Shown one piece after another: positions 54,078-64,000 of a DNA stretch of 64,000 bases. The stretch's first letter is position 1, and every line of letters starts with the position of its first letter. This stretch comes from an uncultured virus (IMG/VR IMGVR_UViG_3300047160_006212) (Duplodnaviria; Heunggongvirae; Uroviricota; Caudoviricetes), in the IMG/VR virus record IMGVR_UViG_3300047160_006212; one strand, given 5' to 3'. The translations under genes were made by a program, and so were the position numbers. Below the pieces are notes generated by a model. It was not told the DNA's origin. It saw only the letters and a list, made by a program, of their open reading frames with translations, and did not search any database.

Positions 54078-56119
54078 TGCCTTTGACATCTATAAAGCTC
54101 CGTCCAGGCATTAATACAATGCTTACCCCCCTACAGAACGAGGCCGGTGTCTCGCAGTCTCAGCTTGTCAGATATCAGCAAGGCATGATTGAGAAATACG
54201 GCGGCTGGGCCAGCTATAACAATATCACGGCCACGCCCATTGTCCGTGACCTCTGGGGCTGGCAGGGCTTGACTGGCGTCAAGCATCTTGGGATCGGTGG
54301 AACGCAGTCACTCAGCGTGGTCACATCCAACAACAATCAGGATATTACACCGCAAACGTTGACGACCAACAATCCTCCTAAGATTTCAACCACATTGGGT
54401 TCCACTGTTGTTACGATCATGGACCCAAATTCCAGTGCCAATGCACAAACGACGATCTATTTCAATACGCCGATTTCTATTGCCGGACAAATACTCAATG
54501 GCGCCTATCAGGTTACGCAGGGGCTAGGTTCCAGTGACTATACGATTTCACTGCCTTACGCAGCAAGTGCAACGGTTGCCAGCAGTGGTCAGCTGCCATT
54601 GTTTACGGCAACTGCCGGGACCGCCACCGTTTGGGTCGATCTTCCAAACAACAACTTTCCGAATATTGTTGGTGAGTATCAGCAGTTCATCGCGCCAACG
54701 AATGTCGGCGGTATCACTGTTCAGGGTCCGTACCAGACGACAATCTCATCCTGCAATCCAACTAATTTTGTCAGCATCAATGCGCCAATCCCGCCTGTGA
54801 CAAGTGCGTCAAGCGTAGCCATGAATGGTGGCAACGCGCAGATTGTCTATTACTATACGGTGGGTGCGCCAGCCGGTCTTGGTTTTGGGCAAGGCGCGTC
54901 TGGTTTCGGCGCGCAAGGGTCGTTTGGGGTGGGCGGAACTGCTCTACCAGCAACTGGAACCCCCATTACCGCAACCGATTGGACCTTGTGTAACTGGGGT
55001 GAGACCTTGCTGGCAGTGCCTGAGAATGGCCCGCTGTATCAGTGGAGTGCCAATTCAGGGTATACGACGGCCTCGGTGGTGCCGACCGCACCATTCTTTA
55101 ATGGCGGTTGTTTTGTATCTCAGCCGCAGCAAATTCTGGTGCTCTGGCGCAGCGTGCAGCTGACAGGAACACAAGACCCGCTGATCGTTCGGTGGTCTGA
55201 TTCGTTGGATTACACCAATTACAACGTAAACTCGCAGACATGGGCTGGAGCGTTCCATATCCCGACCGGATCGATCATCATCGGCGGTATGCAGTCTGCG
55301 CAGCAAGGCATTATCTGGACCGATATCGAATGCTGGGTCATGCAGAATGTCGGCCAGCCGATTGTATTTGGCTTTAATCGTGTCGGGTCAGGCTGCGGAC
55401 TTGTCGGCAAGCATGCCACTGGCGTGTTGAACGGGAACATCTACTGGATGGGACCGGATAACTTCTTCATCCTTGGTGCCAATGGCGTTCAGAGCATTCC
55501 ATGCTCGGTCTGGAATTACGTCTTCAGCCAGCTTGATACATCTAATCAATGGAAGGCCAGATGCGCCACCAATGCCCTTTACGGCGAAGTCGCTTGGTTT
55601 TTCCCACAGATCGGTGGCGGTGGTGAAAATACGCTTTATGCCAAGCTCAATATTGCAGAACAGGAATGGGACTACGGCGTCCTCGGCCGATCCGCATGGA
55701 TTGATGTGACCGTGCTGGGCAACCCGATTGGGGCCGATCTGAATGGCGCGATCTGGCAGCATGAGGTCGGCTGGAACGCAGGGTCAGTGTCACTCGACAA
55801 TAGCTTTACGTCTGGCTGGTGGTCGATTGCGGAAGGCGATCAGGTTTCGATTGTGGACTGGATTTTCCCGGACATGACTTATCAAACCAGCCAACTTGCT
55901 TCCACGTCCAATCTGCAACTGACGTTCTATTCCTGCATGTATGGCAACGACACGCCCGTTGTCTACGGGCCGTTCCCGTTCAGTCAGCCGTCCACCTTCA
56001 TCAACTGCCGCATTCGTGGCAGATACCTGAAAGTACAGCTGTCTGAGGTTGGCGACATGAATGGGTTCTGGAGGCTGGGTCGCATTCGTTATCGCTACGC
56101 ACCTGATGGGAGGCAGTAA
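54077..56119 (+). CDS. tail nozzle / DNA stabilisation protein (P22 gp10-like)
   Basis: 680-aa beta-propeller-like; DPLIVRWSD, IWTD, RIRGR, WRLG..R...PDGR. Confidence 0.7.
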   Translation: MPLTSIKLRPGINTMLTPLQNEAGVSQSQLVRYQQGMIEKYGGWASYNNITATPIVRDLWGWQGLTGVKHLGIGGTQSLSVVTSNNNQDITPQTLTTNNPPKISTTLGSTVVTIMDPNSSANAQTTIYFNTPISIAGQILNGAYQVTQGLGSSDYTISLPYAASATVASSGQLPLFTATAGTATVWVDLPNNNFPNIVGEYQQFIAPTNVGGITVQGPYQTTISSCNPTNFVSINAPIPPVTSASSVAMNGGNAQIVYYYTVGAPAGLGFGQGASGFGAQGSFGVGGTALPATGTPITATDWTLCNWGETLLAVPENGPLYQWSANSGYTTASVVPTAPFFNGGCFVSQPQQILVLWRSVQLTGTQDPLIVRWSDSLDYTNYNVNSQTWAGAFHIPTGSIIIGGMQSAQQGIIWTDIECWVMQNVGQPIVFGFNRVGSGCGLVGKHATGVLNGNIYWMGPDNFFILGANGVQSIPCSVWNYVFSQLDTSNQWKARCATNALYGEVAWFFPQIGGGGENTLYAKLNIAEQEWDYGVLGRSAWIDVTVLGNPIGADLNGAIWQHEVGWNAGSVSLDNSFTSGWWSIAEGDQVSIVDWIFPDMTYQTSQLASTSNLQLTFYSCMYGNDTPVVYGPFPFSQPSTFINCRIRGRYLKVQLSEVGDMNGFWRLGRIRYRYAPDGRQ

Positions 56120-58299
56120 TGCCGTCGGTTTCTACTAAGCAAGCTCATCTGATGTCAGCTGTGGCCCATGGATGGAAACCGACAGGTAGCGCTGCTGGTC
56201 TTCCGGTTTCTGTAGCTAAAAAGTTTCACGCAGCCGACGCCGGGCACAAATACGGCGCTGGCATGCATGGCGGCAAGGGCAGGCCCTATCCCAAGCATAA
56301 TTACGAGTACGGCGGGGCTATTGCGATTGCCAGAAAGTACAGTCCCCGCAGGCGGTACGCCGATGGCGGTGGCGATGGCGACTATGTTTCGCCCACTGGC
56401 TATGATCTTCCCCCGGAGATTACGCGTGGTCGATCCCAATCCCGTCCTCCTGATCCCGATTTCGATTCGGCATGGCGCAGGCGCGTCACTCTGCCAATGG
56501 CGTTGGCGCCCCAGTCGGATGACTCAGATGACCTTCGCCAACAGCTTATGCAGGAGGGCATGCGCCGCAGAGGCTTTCAGGATGGCGGTGGGGCGGATGA
56601 TGACTTCGACACACGGTGGCAGGACGAAAACTGGCAGCTGATGCCCCAGCAATATGGCGACAGGCAATACAAGCCAATCTTAGATGCCACGCTTGCCAAC
56701 CGAGCAACCCAGTATCCTCAATACACCCCGCCGCCGAAAGGTAAGGAATTTAATATTCCGACGAAGGCTGAGTTTGAGGCTCTTTTACGGCGCCAAGGTT
56801 ATGACATTGGCGGCGGCACGCCATCACCTGATATGGATGATCCCAGTGTGCCGAGGATGTTGCGTCCCGGTACCAGCTTTAACCAAAGATGGCCAGACCG
56901 TGATCTTCCGGTACAGGCATCGTTCGATGACCGTTTTGGTAGCCCAAGCTTCAGTCAGAGATGGAATGATCGTACCCTCCCGGCGCAAGCCGCAGGCGTC
57001 ATTCCCAATCCTGCGCTCCGACGAGGCCTGACCCAGGACCGGTCCCCGGCGTCGTTTGGAGATCGGTTTGATGCTGTAGGTCCTATGCTTAACAGATATA
57101 ACCAACAGCAAATTAAGAAGAACATGCAGCCGGGAATGCAGGATGGCGGCGAAGTTCGCCAGTTGTCTCCGGGCGCACAGTCTTTGCTTGATCAGCATGG
57201 GTCACCAGAAGCAGCCATCCAAGGCGGCATCCAAAAGCTGCAGCAAGCCTACAGGTCAGAAACTCCCTATTGGAGTGGCGTATTGAATGAATTGCGCGGT
57301 CTAAGGGGCGGCGGCTTTGCCGATGGCGGCAGGGATGATGATGATCCTCCTAAGGTGATTACTATTCCTCCACCAGCACCAATCGCTCCGCTCTCTCCTT
57401 TTGAGTGGTACAACGTAAGTGCGGGGCAAGGAAAAATTGTGCCTCCGTTGAAACATTGGGGTTTGAAAGAACGCCAAAGAGGTGGCCGACACTACCAGTT
57501 CGGCGGTGGCTATAAGTTTAAAAGTAACTTTAATCCCGAGCGCGCGGCGGCCTTTGGGCTATCCAAACAGTCCGGCATGCTGCACTCCAGCGTCCCGGGC
57601 CGCACCGACAAGCTCAATCTCAATGTCCCCAGCGGCAGCTATATCATCCCAGCCGACGTAACCTCAGGTATGGGGCAAGGGAACTCGATGGCAGGCGCCA
57701 AAATCCTGGACAATATGTTCAACAAGGGCCCCTATGGGATGAACATCCAGCGCATGCATGCTGGCAGCCCGAGGGTGGGTGGCATGCGGATGTCCTCCAT
57801 GTCGAAGATGTCGATGCCGGGCGGCGCTGGTAAGTTTGGGCAAAGCGCTGGCATGGGTGGGCTTGGCAGCAAGAACATGGGCGGGTTTGCCTTCGGTGGC
57901 AGCGCGCTGTCCAGGGTCAGGGGAGAAGCCCAAGGGCTGAACAGCCGCGACCAGAACATTATAGACCCCTATCGCCCCACCCCTGATCCCGAAACTTGGG
58001 CGTCCGATTATCAGACTCGGGACAGGATGCCTGTATATGAATATCCACCCAAGGCGCCGGTCGAGACCGGAATGGCCCCGGGCGGCGTACCGCCCACCGG
58101 TAGGACTGCCCCGATCGTGGCGGCAGGCGGCGAATACGTCGTACACCCCGATCATGTGCGTCGTATTGGCGGCGGCGACATTGATACCGGCCACGACATT
58201 CTTGATCGCTTTGTCAAGCTGCAACGCCAGAAGCACATCAAGGACCTCAAGGGATTGAAGCCTCCGAAGGGATCGGACGAAGCTATGGGCAAAAAATGA
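56119..58299 (+). CDS. low-complexity internal virion protein
   Basis: Many (F/Y)xxGG motifs; GRTD...GSYIIPADV; AAGGEYVV. Confidence 0.65.
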   Translation: MPSVSTKQAHLMSAVAHGWKPTGSAAGLPVSVAKKFHAADAGHKYGAGMHGGKGRPYPKHNYEYGGAIAIARKYSPRRRYADGGGDGDYVSPTGYDLPPEITRGRSQSRPPDPDFDSAWRRRVTLPMALAPQSDDSDDLRQQLMQEGMRRRGFQDGGGADDDFDTRWQDENWQLMPQQYGDRQYKPILDATLANRATQYPQYTPPPKGKEFNIPTKAEFEALLRRQGYDIGGGTPSPDMDDPSVPRMLRPGTSFNQRWPDRDLPVQASFDDRFGSPSFSQRWNDRTLPAQAAGVIPNPALRRGLTQDRSPASFGDRFDAVGPMLNRYNQQQIKKNMQPGMQDGGEVRQLSPGAQSLLDQHGSPEAAIQGGIQKLQQAYRSETPYWSGVLNELRGLRGGGFADGGRDDDDPPKVITIPPPAPIAPLSPFEWYNVSAGQGKIVPPLKHWGLKERQRGGRHYQFGGGYKFKSNFNPERAAAFGLSKQSGMLHSSVPGRTDKLNLNVPSGSYIIPADVTSGMGQGNSMAGAKILDNMFNKGPYGMNIQRMHAGSPRVGGMRMSSMSKMSMPGGAGKFGQSAGMGGLGSKNMGGFAFGGSALSRVRGEAQGLNSRDQNIIDPYRPTPDPETWASDYQTRDRMPVYEYPPKAPVETGMAPGGVPPTGRTAPIVAAGGEYVVHPDHVRRIGGGDIDTGHDILDRFVKLQRQKHIKDLKGLKPPKGSDEAMGKK

Positions 58300-58673
58300 A
58301 CTATGCGTTATTTCTCGCGTTCTGCTTTCTGTTAAGTCCATTGATGGCCATGGAGGGCGATAACCATGGCAACCATGGCGCGCTCAAGCAATGGTTTAAC
58401 GAGTTACGCAGCGATAAAGGACCATGCTGTTCATTCGCTGACGGCTACACCATCACTGATGCCGACTGGGAAAGCGTGGACGGCCACTACCGCGTGCGCA
58501 TCCCGCGTTACAAGCCGAGCATCGTCAGTGGGGATGACATGATTTGGGTCGATGTACCTGACGATGCCGTCATCAAGGAACCAAACCGGCTAGGCCCAAC
58601 GGTGGTGTGGCCACTCTACAACACCGGAAGCCACCCTGCCATCCGCTGCTTTTTGCCGGGCATTATGTCATGA
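58296..58673 (+). CDS. small exported Cys-containing protein
   Basis: Signal peptide; CCSFADG; IRCFLPG. Confidence 0.7.
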   Translation: MNYALFLAFCFLLSPLMAMEGDNHGNHGALKQWFNELRSDKGPCCSFADGYTITDADWESVDGHYRVRIPRYKPSIVSGDDMIWVDVPDDAVIKEPNRLGPTVVWPLYNTGSHPAIRCFLPGIMS

Positions 58674-59224
58674 CGCCTTCGATTGTTCGCATTGCCAAGC
58701 CCTTTGATGCCCCGGAAATCTGGCGGCTGTGTCTGCAAATGCACCGGGAGACTGGAATATTCAGTTTGTCCCCGATGAAGGTAACCAACTTGATGTCAAG
58801 GGCGCTGCATCCGGAGGAAATAAGTCCTCATGACACCGGCCCGAGAACGCAAATAGGGGTGATAGGACCGCAAGGATGCTTGGAAGCCATGGTCTTTGTT
58901 GCAATCCAGAGCGCATGGTACAGCGATGACCTTCATCTGAATGAATTAATGTTCTACGTCGATCCGGAATGCCGGGTGTCACGGCATGCCATTGCCTGTA
59001 TGGAATGGCTTAAGGGTTTGGCAGATAACTTGGGTATTCCGCTGGTGGCGGGTGTCACATCGACCACCAAGACGGCTGCCAAGATCAGGCTTTATGACCG
59101 CAGGTTTCCGCGCGTCGGGGCCCTATTTTTCTATCCTCTCTCGGCTACGACGCTTGAGCTGACCAAGCCGAAAGATGTTATGAATAGTCCGCGAGACCCC
59201 CGTAAATTAAGGAGGGTTGCGTAA
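58670..59224 (+). CDS. GNAT-fold-like virion assembly protein
   Basis: WYSDD...FYVDPECR; position before ejection genes. Confidence 0.6.
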   Translation: MTPSIVRIAKPFDAPEIWRLCLQMHRETGIFSLSPMKVTNLMSRALHPEEISPHDTGPRTQIGVIGPQGCLEAMVFVAIQSAWYSDDLHLNELMFYVDPECRVSRHAIACMEWLKGLADNLGIPLVAGVTSTTKTAAKIRLYDRRFPRVGALFFYPLSATTLELTKPKDVMNSPRDPRKLRRVA

Positions 59225-62200
59225 TGTGCTTTGGAAGCGGATCGCCCGCCCAACAGACGACCCAGCAACAGGCCACCTACACGCCAAACCCATCGATCGT
59301 GGCGGCAGGCAATCAGGCAATCCACGGGGCGCAGTCGGCAGCGGCCACCCCCTTTGGTATTGGGGTCCAGCCCATTGCGGGCTTCAGTCCGCAGCAACAA
59401 CAAGCCTTCCAGCAATACGGCCAGCTGCAGGGTCTCTATCAGCCCTATTATAATACTGCTTCGAACCTGATGCAGCAGTCCGCGCAGGGCCCGCACGTCA
59501 ACCAGTTCATGAATCCCTACGCCCACTACGTCATGGCGAACCTTGGGGAACAGCAAGGTCAGCAGATGCAGCAGCTGACCGGGCAGTCAACCCAGACGGC
59601 TGGCGGGGTGGGCGCAGATCGCATTGGCGTGGCGCAGGGTGAGCTTGCCAGACAGCAGGGACTGGCGTCAGGGCAGACCTTGGCGGGCATCTACGGGTCT
59701 GCCCTGGGCGCTGCGCAGCAACAGCAGCAGTTGGAACAGGCCGCTGGTTACGGTATGGGCCAGTTGGGCGGGGCCAATCTGCAGTCGGCCTTGGCGGCAA
59801 CTGGGGCTCTGTACGGGTCAGGGGCCTACCAACAGCAACTGAACCAAGCCCAGCTGAATGCGCAGTACCAAAACGATTTGATGCGGCAAGCCTATCAATT
59901 CCAAGCACCCCAATACCTTGCCAACATCACAGGCGGATTGGCTGGGGCCATGGGCGCAACCACCGGTCAGTACGGCATGGGTACCTATCAACCACCACAA
60001 CCTTCAACCTTTTCACAAGTTGCAGGTCTTGGATTGGCCGGTGCTGGTGCCTATGGCGCATTGAACCAAGCAGGCGTGGTTGGCTCAAATCCATCCTATG
60101 GCGGTGGTAGCATGCTTGCCGGGGATGCCTTTGGTGGCAGCGCAGGCAGTCCATTGTCGGGACTTTCGGCGTCGGACTATGGTGCGCGGGGCGGCCGGTT
60201 CTTTGCTGACGGTGGAGGAACCGACGATAATACAGACAGCTATTACAGCGATATCCAGCCGCCTGCCAAGGACATTACTGCCAAAGACGTTGCCCTGGCT
60301 GGAAAGGGCAAGACCGATTGGATGAGTTCGGACTCTGCCGTTCCGAGTGGCCAGACCCAGCGCGTTCTGTCTGCACAGCAAGCCCTGAATGCGCCACAGA
60401 TTGCGCCCATGCAGATGCCACAGCAGAGCAGTGGCAGCAGTGGCGGCTTTGGTGAGATTTTGGGTGACGTGGCCAAGATTGCGCCCCTATTCGCCGCCTT
60501 GGCGCGCGGTGGCCGTAGTCCTTATCCGCCTGCGTTTCAAGACGGCGGTGATGTTAATTTTGCTGATCGTTTTGGAGCTGTAGGTTCCCTTGACGCGCGC
60601 TGGCCAGATGACCCAGCGACAACATTCAATGAGCGCAGCATGGCTGCATATCCGGGCGCAAGAGACCCGGAGTTTGAAGCAAAGCAGCGCCTTAGTCGGG
60701 GAATAATGGACCGCGATCAGGCGGCTAACGTAGATTTTGAGATCGGCAAGGAAAAAATACGGCGGGGTCAAGGAACTTCGTGGGGCGGTGACGATCCTGG
60801 CAGCGTATGGATGCCGGCTGGAAGCCGTGGAACTCCGCTACCGCCCAAGCCTGACGATCCAAATCAGCCCACAATTCCGGAGGGACAATCGGGCAGCACA
60901 AGCAATCCCTATAGGCAGCCCGATGCAAATGCCAAACGGGCTCTCGTAGACATACCATTGCCCAGCCCCACCGAACACACAGGCCCTAATGCACCGGGTG
61001 AAAGGATTCGTATTCCTAACCAGCCTCAGGTACGAGGCAATCCGCAGATTGCATCCGCTGACCCTACTGCGCTCCCATCTTGGCGTGAAGTTCAAGCCGC
61101 AAACCAGAAAGAACTCCAAAACTGGCAGGTGCCCTATCCGATGTCCACGCACGACACCAGCACGGACATAGCTCGCAGCCCATGGCTGGCCCTGATGATG
61201 GGGGGCGCCAAGATGGCTTCGACCTACGGACCTCCTGGCGTGTCGCTAGGGGCAGGCTTCGGTGCGGCCGGGCAGACACTCGAAAAGCAACGGCAGGATG
61301 CACAGCAAGAGGAAAGCCTGAACCAGCGCGCCCGCCAGCTTCAGATGGAAGCCTTGAAATACACCAACATGACACCCGCCGAAGCTGCGAGGCTTGGCCT
61401 CGAACAAGCCAGAATGGAGGAAGGCAAATGGCTCCATGGCGAGGTCAATCCTGTCACGGGCGAGCAGACCTTCTTCAATCCATATACCAACGAATCCTAT
61501 ACGGTGGGACCTAATGGCATCAAGAAAGGTGGCGGGGATGGAGCAGGGATAGCTGGGGCGGGTACGGCCGGCACAGTGACGCCGCCGCCAATACCAGCGC
61601 CACCAGCCAACACACCATCACCGCCAGCCCAGACAGCGATCAGTCCAACCGGTGGAACCGTGACTGACACTGACCCTGATAAGATGGTTGCTCCAGGCGC
61701 AGTTAACGACGCTGAAGAAAATCCACAAGCAACGTCCGGAATTACCACGAAGGGAGCTGCTGCTGCCGCTCGTGCTGCATTTGCTCCGGAACAGAAGGAA
61801 ATTAATAAAGCCGCTATCGGCGCAGATACATCGCAGTTTCGCCTGAAAGAAATGAAACGCGACCTCAATACGATCATGGCTTATGTCAACAAGACACCAA
61901 GCGGGCCCGCAGAAAGAGCCCTACAGTTTGCCATGAGACCCGGACCCGGCGCAGGGAATGCGGTTCAGATGGCTAACTGGCTCAGCCGGTTTGGTACTGG
62001 CGTGCCGCCTGACGTGCTTGCAGCTGCTCAAACATGGGCCAAGAACTCGACGCTTGCCGGCTTTAGGGGTGTCGTTGGCGAAGGTCTGAGTGCAAAGGAA
62101 GCCCAACCGATCATCCAAGCTTCGATGGGCGCGGTTGCCAGCATGAATTTACCGGAGTCTTCAAGCCGAGCCCTCATTGCCAGCGGTGAACAATTGGCAC

Positions 62201-62532
62201 AAAGGGCAAAGGATAAGCAGACATTCATGAATTCTTACATGGGCAAGAACCATCAATTTGGGGCAGGGTGGGAAGATCAGTTCGAGCAGAAGCACCCGAT
62301 CGGCAGCTATATAGCAAGGGCAGTTGTCTCCGCTCTGCCGCCGGAAGAGCGCGCCAAGCTTGGCGTTGACACAAAGCAACTGCGTCTGCGCCGCGATGAG
62401 TATATGAAGGCAGAAAAAGCGGGCAACGATGCAGAAACTTCCAAGGCGCGTGATAATTACACCCGGGCCAGAAATGGGTTTAACCGCAAGTATGGGGGCA
62501 CCGCAGACTACTTCGCATTCGGAGCAATGTGA
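59224..62532 (+). CDS. DNA ejection / internal virion protein
   Basis: 1102 aa, Q/G/A-rich, IAGFSPQQQQAF, QFMNPY. Confidence 0.7.
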   Translation: MCFGSGSPAQQTTQQQATYTPNPSIVAAGNQAIHGAQSAAATPFGIGVQPIAGFSPQQQQAFQQYGQLQGLYQPYYNTASNLMQQSAQGPHVNQFMNPYAHYVMANLGEQQGQQMQQLTGQSTQTAGGVGADRIGVAQGELARQQGLASGQTLAGIYGSALGAAQQQQQLEQAAGYGMGQLGGANLQSALAATGALYGSGAYQQQLNQAQLNAQYQNDLMRQAYQFQAPQYLANITGGLAGAMGATTGQYGMGTYQPPQPSTFSQVAGLGLAGAGAYGALNQAGVVGSNPSYGGGSMLAGDAFGGSAGSPLSGLSASDYGARGGRFFADGGGTDDNTDSYYSDIQPPAKDITAKDVALAGKGKTDWMSSDSAVPSGQTQRVLSAQQALNAPQIAPMQMPQQSSGSSGGFGEILGDVAKIAPLFAALARGGRSPYPPAFQDGGDVNFADRFGAVGSLDARWPDDPATTFNERSMAAYPGARDPEFEAKQRLSRGIMDRDQAANVDFEIGKEKIRRGQGTSWGGDDPGSVWMPAGSRGTPLPPKPDDPNQPTIPEGQSGSTSNPYRQPDANAKRALVDIPLPSPTEHTGPNAPGERIRIPNQPQVRGNPQIASADPTALPSWREVQAANQKELQNWQVPYPMSTHDTSTDIARSPWLALMMGGAKMASTYGPPGVSLGAGFGAAGQTLEKQRQDAQQEESLNQRARQLQMEALKYTNMTPAEAARLGLEQARMEEGKWLHGEVNPVTGEQTFFNPYTNESYTVGPNGIKKGGGDGAGIAGAGTAGTVTPPPIPAPPANTPSPPAQTAISPTGGTVTDTDPDKMVAPGAVNDAEENPQATSGITTKGAAAAARAAFAPEQKEINKAAIGADTSQFRLKEMKRDLNTIMAYVNKTPSGPAERALQFAMRPGPGAGNAVQMANWLSRFGTGVPPDVLAAAQTWAKNSTLAGFRGVVGEGLSAKEAQPIIQASMGAVASMNLPESSSRALIASGEQLAQRAKDKQTFMNSYMGKNHQFGAGWEDQFEQKHPIGSYIARAVVSALPPEERAKLGVDTKQLRLRRDEYMKAEKAGNDAETSKARDNYTRARNGFNRKYGGTADYFAFGAM

Positions 62533-64000
62533 TGGCCTATGTCAGCGACATAGAAGACGAGCCACCGGCAGCCCCCGGTACCCAGCCCGGTCCTCCGAAG
62601 GCTGCGCCCAAGCCTTACACCCAATCCGATATCGAAAATGAGCCAGAGGTCAAGCAGCCTGAGTATGGTGGGGCATTGGGGTATCTGGAAACTGCATTGA
62701 TGCACGGTGGGCAAGGTGCACTGGGCGGCTTCGGTGACGAACTCTATGGGCTGGCGAGGGCGGGATACGATAAGCTATCTGGCGGCGACGAAGACTTTGG
62801 CACTGCTTACACAAAGCATAGAGACACAGCACGCCAGATGCTGGAGGAATCAGCGGCCGAGAACCCCATCACCGCAAATGTATCCGACATCGGCGCATCC
62901 ATGATCATGCCAACCGGCAAGCTGAAGGCGGCGGGCTGGGCAGAAAGGGGCATCAGGGGCATGCTATCTGGGGCAGCGCAAGGTGCCGTGCGCGGGGCAG
63001 GTGATGCTCCGGAAATGTCTGACATTCCTGAACAGGCTGCCAAGTCTGGGCTTGTCAGTGGTCTTCTTGGTGGTCCATTGAACGCCATCATGGGTCCTGC
63101 GGGCAAGGCTCTCGGTAAGGAAATTCCGGGGCCGACCACCCAAGAATTGAAGAACATTGCGGACACCAAATACGATCAAATGCGGTCGATTCCGGTTGAA
63201 TTCTGGAAGCATGCGACCGACCGCGTGGCCGACAACGTCGATGCAGCTTTGCGGAAATCCGGTTATCGGGACTACAATACAAACGTGTTCAAGAACATTG
63301 ACGAGCTTCGCAATCCTGCCAATGGCATCAGCCCGAACATGTCAGATATTGAGGCCGTCAGGCAGCTGCTAAATCGGACGGGAAAGGACCCGCGCGAACG
63401 TGATGCCGTCAGGATTGCACAGAGCCATCTTGATGGCTTTCTGAAGAACGTACATCCTACCGATATTATGACCAATCCACGGCTGGCACCGGCCGTCAAT
63501 CGATTGGCTGTTGAAGCACGTGGTGACTGGGGCGCCTCCATGAGGGCCAAGACAATCGAGGATGCCCTTAAGAAGGCCGGGCTTGGCACTGCCGCAACCG
63601 GGTCCGGAGCGAATATTGACAACAAGATACGTCAGGCGTTCACCGGCATCCTGACCAACCCGAAGAAAGTCAGAGGATTTTCTGCCGAGGAACGGCAGAT
63701 GATGCAGGAGATCATCAAGCCCAAGAGCGATGTGGCCAGATACTTCGGCAAGTTCGCGCCATCTGGGGTGATATCCACCAGCTTGGCCGCAGACTTAGGC
63801 TACATGCTTGCTGGAAAGACCGGGCTTGGCATGCTCCCACTGGCTGGTTACGCCGCCAAAAAAATCTCGGATGCCAGAACGATCAGCCGGGCGCAGGATG
63901 TCGTGAAGGCTGTGCAATCGAGGTCGCCAACGGGCGCAAGGGTCGCCGCGCGGAACGCAGCGCTGCCAAGACAGGAAACTCCAGGACTCCTGCAGCGTGG
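62532..64000 (+). CDS. DNA ejection/transfer protein (partial, runs off window)
   Basis: ATG coupled by TGATG; MAYVSDIEDEPP...GGFGDELYG; appears open toward the window end. Confidence 0.65.
   Translation, partial: MAYVSDIEDEPPAAPGTQPGPPKAAPKPYTQSDIENEPEVKQPEYGGALGYLETALMHGGQGALGGFGDELYGLARAGYDKLSGGDEDFGTAYTKHRDTARQMLEESAAENPITANVSDIGASMIMPTGKLKAAGWAERGIRGMLSGAAQGAVRGAGDAPEMSDIPEQAAKSGLVSGLLGGPLNAIMGPAGKALGKEIPGPTTQELKNIADTKYDQMRSIPVEFWKHATDRVADNVDAALRKSGYRDYNTNVFKNIDELRNPANGISPNMSDIEAVRQLLNRTGKDPRERDAVRIAQSHLDGFLKNVHPTDIMTNPRLAPAVNRLAVEARGDWGASMRAKTIEDALKKAGLGTAATGSGANIDNKIRQAFTGILTNPKKVRGFSAEERQMMQEIIKPKSDVARYFGKFAPSGVISTSLAADLGYMLAGKTGLGMLPLAGYAAKKISDARTISRAQDVVKAVQSRSPTGARVAARNAALPRQETPGLLQR

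Noticed and set aside
1..64000. tRNA, rRNA, integrase, reverse transcriptase/DGR, DNA polymerase, endolysin
   Set aside because: No recognisable signatures seen by eye in this window; tRNAscan and HMM searches were not run

Overview
A 64-kb segment of a tailed dsDNA phage or prophage genome. It is podovirus-like: P22-type portal/adaptor/nozzle genes and large ejection-type proteins, with no tape-measure gene or integrase in the window. The host is probably alphaproteobacterial (inference). Layout: (1) replication module with RusA, an initiator carrying a palindromic-iteron origin, and a split T7 gp4-like primase/helicase, plus an isolated terminase small subunit; (2) a leftward early operon (AAA+ ATPase, VWA/peptidase-like partner, small genes) with nine copies of a conserved structured intergenic RNA element, next to a ~550-nt heavily base-paired non-coding region; (3) small rightward genes including three tandem paralogs; (4) a ~9.5-kb pseudaminic/nonulosonic-acid-type biosynthesis operon interrupted by three HNH genes, divergent from (5) an intein-containing TerL and the morphogenesis genes. 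These include a Maf/sialyltransferase-like protein, an Ala/Gly/Ser/Thr-repeat protein, and a major capsid gene split by a CTT-TAA-G-CTC site. Best candidates for new biology: phage-encoded nonulosonate glycosylation of the virion, recoding of the capsid gene, and the repeated leader RNA motif with a matching anti-SD hairpin. All calls come from reading motifs by eye; no searches were run.
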